Shown here piece by piece: positions 52,036 through 61,090 of a stretch of DNA of 64,000 nucleotides (position 1 is its first letter; each line of letters opens with the position of its first letter). Source of the DNA: Lama guanicoe (lineage: Eukaryota); contig MU053934.1 in assembly GCA_013239625.1 (NCBI GenBank), positions 8,515,352 through 8,579,351 of the forward strand, written 5' to 3'. Under the pieces are notes generated by a model, which was given only the letters and a program-made list of their open reading frames with translations, did no database searches and was not told the DNA's origin. Both the position numbers and the translations under genes were made by a program.

Positions 52036-52179
52036 AGCTGCAGAGAGATGAGGAGGAGGCCGCGGCACTGGGCGCGGTGAGAAGGACCCCGGTGGCGCCC
52101 ACGGCTGGCCCGGACCCTGCTCTGAGCATGAATCACCCCTTCTACGACGTGGCCAGACACGGCATCCTGCAGGTGGCCG
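52036..52179 (+). CDS. ARHGAP8: ARHGAP8 exon (start of BCH/CRAL-TRIO domain)
   Basis: ctgtag|; (E)[47 protein letters not shown](G); donor G|gtgagt; 144 nt, phase 1 to 1. [16 protein letters not shown] is the ARHGAP8 signature. Confidence 0.93.
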
Positions 52180-52289
52180 GTGAGTCCCAGCTGGGTGGTT
52201 CCCCAGGACACCGACAGGGCCAGCCTTCCATGGGTCCTGTGGCACAAGACGGGCTCCTCACGTAACCCCAAATGTCCTCTTTAGAAAAC

Positions 52290-52620
52290 TTCTAACGTCT
52301 AGGTAGTGGGGAGGGATACTGGTCCAGATGTGAGGGACGTGGACCCACAGATTAGGTGCTCACCACAGGAAAGCAGGAAATCTAGTTACTTTTAATAAGA
52401 TGTAAAAAATTCATCATGTGTGTTAATGTGCAGTGGGTTTATTATTCTTTTAAAATGAGCGAGTAACTAAATATTTAAAAATTCTCTGTTTTAGGTTTTT
52501 AATACAGTAAATTTCTATAGAAATAACCCACATTAAAAAAATTATTTAAAATCTCTTTGAGGTCCTCAGTGAGTTTTAAGAGTATTGACATGTTCTGAGA
52601 CCTAAAAGTCTGGGAACCAG
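52290..52620. mobile_element. hAT-Charlie-like DNA transposon remnant
   Basis: AT-rich body ending ...gaggtcctcagtgagttttaagag...ctgagacctaaaagtctgggaaccagtg, resembling a Charlie/MER terminus. Confidence 0.5.
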
Positions 52621-53130
52621 TGGCCTTGTCTATGATCTGTCTTGTGCACTTAAAAAGAATGTATATTATATTCTGCATTTTGGGGCGGAATGTTCTGTGT
52701 ATTTCAATTAGGTTAGGTTGGTTAATAGTGCTGTCCAAATCTTCTGTCTTCTTCATCACTTTTGTGTCTGCTTCCATCAGTTACTGACGGAAGCGTTCAA
52801 AGCTCCCACAGTTAGAATTTGCGCATCACTCCCTTTGGTTCTGCCCACTTTTGTTCTGTGTTTTGATGCTTTGTTTTAGGGGTGGCATATATACTTAGGG
52901 TTTTTATGGCTTCCTGATGTGTTGACCTTTTTGTCATTGTGGGGTGGCCCTCCTTCCGTGGGTCATACTCCTTTATTCATCCTCTTTGCCCTGTTTGTCT
53001 GATGTTACAGTCGTCACGACAGCCACGCCACCTTTCTCCGTGTTGCTGTTGGTAGATACGCCCTCTCCATCCTTCCCCTTCCAGCCTGTCTTAGTCTCTG
53101 CGTGGGCAGCGTGTCTCTTAGAAACAGCTG
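52620..53130 (-). mobile_element. Old L1 ORF2 (endonuclease) fossil
   Basis: Minus-strand peptide EDLDSTINQPNLIEIHRTFRPK resembles L1 ORF2 (DLNSTINQLDLIDIYRTLHP). Confidence 0.7.
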
Positions 53131-53533
53131 ATCATTGGCTCTCTCCTTTCTTTGAGAAGCGGGCTGAGTATTGGAAGCCACCTTCTTGACAACTTGCATA
53201 CCATGCTGGGGAGTTTGCACTCGGTCACGATGGCTCTGGGGAAGCTTGAACAGGACCGACGTAATCGGGTCTGATTTAGGGGATCCTCGCTGCGGCGTGG
53301 AGGGTGCTGACGGCGGCTGCAGGAGGCAAGGAGACGCACGGGAGCAAGAACGTAGCAGCAGCGAGAAGGGAGTGGATGGAGCTGAGAGAGACTCCAAGAT
53401 GTTATGCTGAGGACCAGCTGAGTCCCACCTGGGATCAGGCCCTCGTAGACGAGATGAGGCTCCTGGGTGCAAAAGGAAAAGTGGAATTAAGAGACGAGGG
53501 TCTCCGGGCAGTGACTCAGGCTGGCTCTTCTTT

Positions 53534-53654
53534 TCTTTCTTTATTTTTCTTTCTTTTTTTAAATAATTTTTCTCTTTTATGGAGGTACTTGGGATTGAAC
53601 CCAGGACCTCGGGCATGCCAAGCACTCGCTCTACCACTGAGCTATTGCCCTCCC
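53534..53654 (-). mobile_element. tRNA-derived SINE (Vic-1-like) with 13-bp target-site duplication
   Basis: gggattgaacccaggacctcgggcatgccaagcactcgctctaccactgagcta plus T-rich tail; flanked by ctggctcttcttt at 53521-53533 and 53655-53667. Confidence 0.88.
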
Positions 53655-56409
53655 CTGGCTCTTCTTTCACGTGCCTCACCTCCACCTGCTGCTCTGGTGG
53701 GGGCCGGCGGGACACGGTTTCTTCCTGGCAGGAGGCTGTGGGCATCCCCAGGGTTTGTGGCGGGCCCTTCAGCACCGTTAAGGGACTGTAGCTGCCATGG
53801 GGCTGTGCTCAGGCCCTTCTAGAGACACCGCATGGAACCGTCACAGTTGAGCACGTGGGCCTGTGTCCGCACTCCTGCAGGTTTCCTTGGGAGGGTGGAG
53901 GCTGGGCAGTCATCTTTGGATTCCGGATGGTTTTTCCGGACTAGAGTTCTCACTCACTCAAACACCAGCTTCTTGAGCTGTTTAGGTGTCTTAAAAAGAA
54001 CACCTAATAGCCTCGAGCCATCCTGAAGACCGCGGCCCCCCTCAGAGGTCGTGGATAGCTGCAGAAGGAATCAGCAGGACCAGCTCCACACTCGGCGAAC
54101 GGGGTTTTGTAGTCAGGGATCGACGGCAGGGGGAATGAAGGGCCTCACCTGGGTGACTCAGTGGCTCAGGATGGAGAAAACCATCAGAGCAAAACCAGCG
54201 TCCCTGAAATCACGCGTGGCTTTTCCAGTTGGAGCGCCCGGTGAGGGCAGGCCCCAGGGTTCCCTCCCTGAGGGCTGGCCCTCCACCCCTCCTCCCAGGC
54301 CTCACCTGGTCCAGCGTTGTCCCCTCATCCCAGCTCAGCCATGCTCCTTTGTGTCCGGTGGGTCTGTGAAGTGGGGACGGTTCAGGACCTGGAACCCTTT
54401 TTCCTGCTCCTCCAGGAGGTGGCACAGGCCACTCTGGGACCCCCTTCAGGGGTAAGCAGGCATCCCTCTCTGCGAAGGGGCTCCTCTAATTTTCCTCTCC
54501 CAAATGCCACCTCCTCCAGCGCTGAACGTCCAAACCACAGCCAAAAACCAAAGAGTCTTCTTGAAAATAGTCTTGAAGGATCTCTCATTACTTTAGGGGC
54601 TGTATGTTTGGCCAGGTGGAAGCTTTGTAGAACTTTAACTCTTAAGGCAGTGCTCTGTACATACAGTTGATTTAAATATTTTGAGGAGCGGTCGTCATCT
54701 GAAGCTCCGGGCTGGGGCTGGGGCTGGAGCTCAGAGGGGAGATGAGCCTGCGGAGAGCAGGGGGGTCCCGAGAGATCGAGGAGGTGGGACGTGTCATCTC
54801 TGAGGCGCGTGGCAGGGCAGAGGGACACCGGGTCTGGTCCCGCTGGAGGACAGTCACCACCCTCACATCCAGAGCTTTCCTCGCGGCCCATTCAGACTCC
54901 AGCTGGCCTTCCCTGCAGGATGAAGACAAAATGAGTCTTCAGATCACCTTTCACTTCTGCAAAAGAAAGTTAGCAACCTGACAACAAAAACCAAAACAGA
55001 CAAGCCCCCACGTTGGTCCCGATGAGGCTGCTGCTGCCTTTATTACGCATTTTAATCATCCTTCACTCTCGGAGCGATGATGGATCGACGCGGGCGTGGC
55101 AGGGCAGCGGCTCGGGGAGTCATTTCTTTATTCATAAACGGGGCTTCTCCCGCCTCGGAGACAGTGAACGATGCTGTGCTGTAAACAGCCAGTGGAGGAA
55201 AAGGGTCATGAATTAAACCGATGCCACGTCCAGTCTGTGTTTTATTGATAGTTTTCATTTCCCACCGTATTATATCATGTGGAAGCCTGTTCTCGACATG
55301 CTGGCCCGTGTTGCGGAGGGCAGCCGAGGGTGTTCACTCATCTTGACTGATGTCGTTGACGCCGATGCCCAGCGACTGTGCAATCAGCGGGAGGGCTGGG
55401 TGTCCAGGGATTCCTCTGGGCTGTGGAGGAGGCTGGACCCCAGCGGCTGCGGACTGCAGAAGGCCTCCTCCCTGGGAACGTGAGGGACCCGGCGGCAGAG
55501 GGGGCTGCCGAGGCCGGGCGGGGGGGTGCCACCCTGGGAGTCGGCCGGCTGCAGGGTGGACCCAGCTCTGACACTCCCTGGCCTCCCCGGGCCTTGGTTT
55601 TCTCACCTGGAAATGAACAGCACACCTGGAAGCCGCCCCGCATCCCACCTGGCACGTGGTCATGGGTCACATTTATTGAGCACGTGCTGTGTGCCAGCTC
55701 TGCAAGACTATTCAAGCTATCGATCTAGTCTCCCCTGAACCCCTTGAGGGGCCAGGCAGGAGCCGTGTCTGGTCTCTTGTCTCCAGAGCTGAGCGCACGT
55801 GGGCCCTCAGCAAGCGCTTGTTGGCCGGATCTTCCGTTCACCAAAGTAGCGCATCCCCAAGAATTTCCATTCGGTCCGATTCAGATGTTAGTGCTCGTTT
55901 TCCCCGTCGCTTCATGGTGGCTGCAGACTTTCTGTTTCAGCCCCAGCGGCTTTTAGTTCCTGGCTCCTTCAGTAGCCGCACAGACAGTTCACATCCTCAG
56001 AAGCCGACTGGTCCTTTTCCCTTTCCTCCCGCGGAGCCCCGGCCTCCAGGGCGGTAGGAACGTTGTTTGGAAAACAGTCCAGGCAGAGCCGTGGAAGGCT
56101 TTGTGCCGGAAAACGCCCCTCTGGCAAGGGGAGCAGATCAATGTGTGGGTTCCAGCGCAGCCCTCCCAGCGGGAGCTTTCTAAGCAAATGGAAACCATGA
56201 CCAGAATTCTCAAGCAACCTGTGAAAAGGCCGCTTTATTTGGAAACCGAAACAACTCTCGAATTCTGAACGTCCGAGTGGCTCCCAGGCTCCTGGGAGAA
56301 TCAGACGTGCCCTAAATAACAAATAGCTCCCTGGCCGGACAGCGGGCGGGGACCTCGAGGGGCACGTGATGTGTGCGCGCCTGTGTGTGTGCCTGCGCAT
56401 GTGTGTGAT

Positions 56410-56505
56410 CTTTTTCTTTCTTTTTTAACAAAGATGCTGGGGATTGAACCCAGGGCCTCGTGCATGCTGAGCAAGTGCGGTACCTCTGAGCTAGACCCTC
56501 CCCCC
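56410..56505 (-). mobile_element. tRNA-derived SINE (Vic-1-like)
   Basis: T-rich tail then gctggggattgaacccagggcctcgtgcatgctgagcaag...ctgagctagaccctccccc. Confidence 0.8.
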
Positions 56506-56994
56506 GACGCGTAGGATCTTGCCTTTCAGAGCTGGGGGCGGGGCTGAGGAGGCGGGGCTGCCGTTCTTCTCATTTTAAGCAAACCTCTGAGAACAGTTGT
56601 GAATACTTGTTAAAGGGGCTTAAAGTGGGTTCAGAGTCCGGCACGTTTCTGGAAGGGCTCCCTTGTGTTTCCTTCAGGTTCCTGGTAATCTTCCCACAGT
56701 CAGTCCCTCAGCCAGTCAGTGAATGGGTGTCGGGCATCATTTGAGCCACAGGCGTGGGCAGCAGGCGTGGGCTCTGGGGATGCAGATGGTGAAGGTGAAC
56801 TTGACACAGGTGCGCAGAGCGTCAGGTGGTGGGTGCCCATTCTCAGGTGCTGCATCCACCTCGCCCTGGGCACCTGTGGCCTAGTGGGCTGGTCAGGAGG
56901 CTACTGGTCTTTGTTATCACCTGCGGGCGTGATGGGGGAAGGCAGCCTTGGGTGTCAGTGCCACGAGGCTCGGCTCACGCTGTCTCCCCTGCAG

Positions 56995-57082
56995 GGGAGG
57001 ACCGCCTTGGAAGACGAGTCGTCACGTTCAGCTGCTGCCGGATGCCCCCCTCTCATGAGCTCAACCACAGGCGGCTGCTGGA
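56995..57082 (+). CDS. ARHGAP8: ARHGAP8 BCH-domain exon
   Basis: cctgcag|; (G)[28 protein letters not shown](E); donor GA|gtaagt; 88 nt. Confidence 0.95.
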
Positions 57083-57829
57083 GTAAGTCCCGTCCCCTGC
57101 CCCCTCCATGCACCCCCACCCCCTTGTGCACACATCCCCTCTGTAGGCTACTCCCCCCCCCCGTGTAAATGCCTCTCTGACTCTCAGCACCAAGTGGATG
57201 TTCGGGGTCAAAGGCTAACATACACAGACTGACGGGCAGGTCCCCAGGTGGATGTCACGTCAACTGCCAGGTCACCAGTCCACCCCTGGGCCTGGAGCCC
57301 ACAACTCGAAGTGAACAAAGGCACAGTTGGGTCCCAGAAGCACCTGGAAGCTTTGGGCTGGTTGTTCCGTGAGGCTCCCCCTGACCCAGGTGTCTGCTCT
57401 GGCTTGTTAAAGAATCTTCCAGTAGCTGCTGAAGATATAATGGCGATGGCAAAATCTTTGCTGGGAACTGGGGCCCAGAGTCTTTCTGCCAGAGAGCCAG
57501 TTCTGCTGTCTCGAGCTGGGATCGGCTGTGGAGTTCTCGAGGGGAGCCCGCGTGCCAGGCAGCGGGTTCCCCCGGACGGCAAGCCGGCCCTCCCAGGAGG
57601 TGCTGGCCTCCCTGAGGAGCCAGGCCAGTCTGCCGCCCACTCTGTGTAGACAGGGCACGTGGGGAGGGAGGGGTGCCCGAGCCCAGAGCACTGGTACCCT
57701 GTGGTCCTCCGAGATCAAACACATTCCCTTGCCAGATTATTCCTTTTGTGGCATCAAGTAATCTGTGACCTGTGGGTCAGCTCTCACCAAGGGTACCACT
57801 GCTGGGCCAGGAGTGAGTTCAGGATGTGT

Positions 57830-58040
57830 TTTCTTGGAAAGACAGAAAGCAGGTTGGTGGTTGGGGGTGAGGGCCAGGGGAAGGAGGAACGCCTGCTTAC
57901 TGGGCTTTTTTTGGGGGCAGTGAGAATGCTTTAGAGCTGGCTGAGGTCATGCTTGCACAGCATTGTGAATGGACTGAATGTCACTGAATTGTTCACTTTA
58001 AGATGGTTAATGTCACACATTTCACCTCAATCCAAAAAAA
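57830..58040 (+). mobile_element. L1M 3' terminal fragment
   Basis: gacagaaagcaggttggtggttg...cattgtgaatggactgaatgtcactgaattgttcactttaagatggttaat...cctcaatccaaaaaaa. Confidence 0.7.
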
Positions 58041-58959
58041 TGTACCTCTGACAACAGTCGGTATGTTGTGCTCTTCTGCCCTGCCTCAGAAACCATCATT
58101 ACCGGATGGAGGTGTTAAGCATGGCCACCATGAACAGTTGTGTAGGTTGTCTACTGCACAAGGGCACCAGCAGGTGCTCCCCTCACCCAGTGCTGGCAGG
58201 CGTCTACCTGGAGGAAGAGGCGCCTTTTTCTCACTTGCTTAGAAGTGCTCTGTGGGCTTCTCGGCCTTGATAAGATAAGCCCTAATACCTAGTCTTTTCC
58301 GTGGCTTTTCAGGAAAAATCAACACCATGTACATTATCCTCCATCACTCTATCCCAGTGGGTGGCTTTCCTGTGGCCAGATGTGTGCTCCTATTTTGAAA
58401 CAGGGGAAGAAATAAGTCCGAGCCTTTGAAGCTCAACCAGTGATTTAGCTAATGATTTCCTGTGCTGAGCAGGCGTGCAGATGTGCTGAGGCACTGAGAG
58501 GAACTTGACATGTTATGGAAGGAACTGGGGCACGCTGGGCTGGGGAAAATGTGCCCGCTTTCACTGCAAGTGTCCGCTGTGGACACGTGAGCTGGCAAGG
58601 ACAGCTTCCTGATTTCTCCTTTCTTAAGAAAGTTGAGAAATGCAAGAGTGACCATCCTTACAGGAATGAGAGGGCATTCTTGGGCTGAGGGACTCTCTGC
58701 GGGAAGTCAGAGATCTCCACCTGGTCCTGTCAGTGAGGGCAACTCGAGGCAGCATGGTATCTGTGAATTATGCCCGAGGGCTTGGTCCCGAGGATCTGGG
58801 GGACAGTGCACTGGAGAGTGTCTGGGCGTTGGCGTTGCTTCCGTGGCTGCTGAGCCCAAACCATGTACCACGTGAGGTCAGACTTGCATCGTTTTTATAT
58901 CAGAGCAGATGGTGGGTGGGGGCCTGTGGCTTTCTGGGGGCAGGACAGTGTGGGTCAGA

Positions 58960-59150
58960 AAGTGGACTCTGGAGCCAGGCTGCTGCATTCAGATCCTGTC
59001 TCGGCCCCTTACCCGTTCTCCTCTGCCAGCCTCTGTTGACTCCTCTGTAAAATGGGCATATTGGTGCCTGCCTCAAAGGGTCATTGTGAGATTTAAACGA
59101 GCAAATCCATGTAAGGGCCTGCAGTTCATGTGGTCAGTGCTTTGGGCAGA
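58960..59150. mobile_element. MIR SINE
   Basis: ggactctggagccaggctgc...ctctgtaaaatgggcat...cctcaaagggtcattgtgagatttaaa. Confidence 0.65.
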
Positions 59151-59834
59151 GGGCATTCTGATGTTTAGTATCACACAAGCAGAGGAGAAGCTGCCATCCT
59201 TTGGGGCAAGGAAAAGACCCCCTGCGGCATTCCGGCCGTGTGGGGCAGCTGCATGCCTGCAGGCGGCGGGGACTACCTGGGTTTTTGCCTCAAGTGGTTC
59301 TGGGGACGCTTATCCACCTGAGAACCGGCCTGCACGGTGGACCCCCGGGCTCCAGCGGGCTGCGTTCACACAGCTCACAGTGAGGGCCGCTGTGTTCAGA
59401 GACGCTGGGTCTGAGCTCCTGGAGTGCCTGGCTGGGTTAACTTCTAGGTAACAAATGACTCTGGCAGCCTGACAGGTGAGAGCTCGGCCCGACGGCTGGG
59501 TGTCAGGGGCCCCGCCAGCGTGGTGGCGGGCTCAGGGATGGGCCTTCTGCAGCTCGTCTACCGGCGGCCGCACGAGGCCGTTCTGAGTGGGCCACATGGG
59601 TGTGTCCAGGAGGGAGGGATCCGTGATCTCGGGACTTGTAAAGCTTGTGCTGGGGGTGTGGTCAGATGACTGAAGCAGAGCAGAGCCAGGGTTGTGCTTT
59701 ACAGTAAAAAGAAGAGGTGCTGAGAGCTATTCTGGGCGGAAGGAGTTGCTTGCTTCTGGAGATGCAGCAGAGCAGCAGGGAGTCGAGGTGGAGGGGCCGA
59801 GCGAGTCCCGGGGCTGCGGCCCAGTTCATCCTCT

Positions 59835-60290
59835 TTGTTGGTTTCCTATGGCTCTTATAACAAATTACCGAAAACTAGGTGATATAAAACGATGAATTTA
59901 TTCTCTTCCGGTCCTGGGGGACAGAAGCCTGAAAGCGTGGTGTTGGCAGGGCCCCCTATCCCCCAGAAGTTGCTCCCCGTCCAGGAGAGAATCCCTCTTG
60001 CCTCTTCAAGCTTTTGGGGGCTGTCGGCAACCTTTCACCTGCCCGGAGCCGGTGGCTGTGTCACTCTCTGCTCTGCCTCCATCTCCACAGGGCTGTCTCC
60101 CCGCTCTAGCTTTCTCTCTTATGTCCGTCTTATCCGGATACAGTATTGCATGTAGCGCCCTCCTGGATAAACTCCTCCTTTCGAGGTCATTGTCTTAATC
60201 ACTTTCACTGAGACCTTTTTCCATGTAAGGCCGCATTCATGGGTACGGGGATTTGACATGGATGTCTTTGGGGGACCATTTTCAGGCTAC
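59835..60290. mobile_element. MaLR LTR (MLT1-type), followed by a MIR fragment
   Basis: ggtttcctatggctcttataacaaattaccgaaaactaggtg...aatttattctcttcc...gacatggatgtctttgggggaccattttca. Confidence 0.65.
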
Positions 60291-60507
60291 CCCCTCCACT
60301 TACTGGCTGTGTGACCTTGGGTAAGTTACTTAACATGTCTGAGCCTCAGTCGTCATCTAAGAAACGAGGACCAGGCCCCCAGCCTGTGGATTCTCAGTGT
60401 TGTCCTGGACGTGTCCCCACTGGGTGCCCACAGCTTCTGTTACGGGGAGAGCACATTTGGTTTCAATGATGAGGAGCGGGAGACTGAGCCCTGTGCTTTG
60501 CGCCCAG

Positions 60508-60639
60508 GTATCTGAAGTACACGCTGGACCAGTACGTGGAGAGTGATTACACCATCGTCTACTTCCACTACGGGCTGAACAGCCAGAACAAGCCATCCCT
60601 GGGCTGGTTCCAGAGCGCCTACAAGGAATTCGACAGGAG
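60508..60639 (+). CDS. ARHGAP8: ARHGAP8 BCH-domain exon; gene continues past the window
   Basis: gcccag|; (E)[43 protein letters not shown](R); donor AG|gtgcgt; 132 nt. Confidence 0.95.
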
Positions 60640-60869
60640 GTGCGTGCCCTCCAGCCTTCGAGGGGGGAGCCTCAGGGTGCAGGAGGCTCGGGTGACAGGA
60701 GGGGTCACGCGTCTGCAGTAGGGGAGGACGGGATGCCAGGGGAAGGTGGGGTGTTAGGGGCGCCTCCCTTCAGGGCCGGGGCCTCTGCCCAGCGCTGTCA
60801 CAGGGGGCAGGGTGGGCACACATACTCTGAAAGGGCCGGACAGTCAGGATGCTGGCTTTGTGGGCCACC

Positions 60870-61090
60870 ATGTCTCTGTCGCAACCTCTCAACTCTGCTG
60901 GAAAGTCTGGAAGTGGCCGTGGGTAACAAACAGGCAGGACTATTTATTTATGGACATGGAAACGTGAATTTCATGTCATTTTCACATATCACAAACTATT
61001 ATTCTTTTCATTTTTTTCAACCATTAAAAGCGTAGAGCCATTCTCAGCTTGCGGGCTGTACAAAGCAGGCGACAGGCCAGACTCGTACCC
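60870..61090. mobile_element. MER58B-like hAT-Charlie DNA transposon
   Basis: ctctgtcgcaacctctcaactctgc...tttatttatggaca...tgaatttcatgtcattttcaca...ttttttcaaccattaaaa...ccattctcagcttgcgggctgtacaaa. Confidence 0.7.

Noticed and set aside
53014..53775. 253-aa minus-strand ORF
   Set aside because: A chimera of SINE head and tail, unique DNA and L1 remnant; no coherent protein.
60501..60513. Recursive-splice-like AG|GT at the ARHGAP8 exon acceptor (cccag|gtatct)
   Set aside because: The regenerated donor GTATCT is weak, the intron is short (about 3.4 kb), and the GT is dictated by the Glu-Tyr codons.
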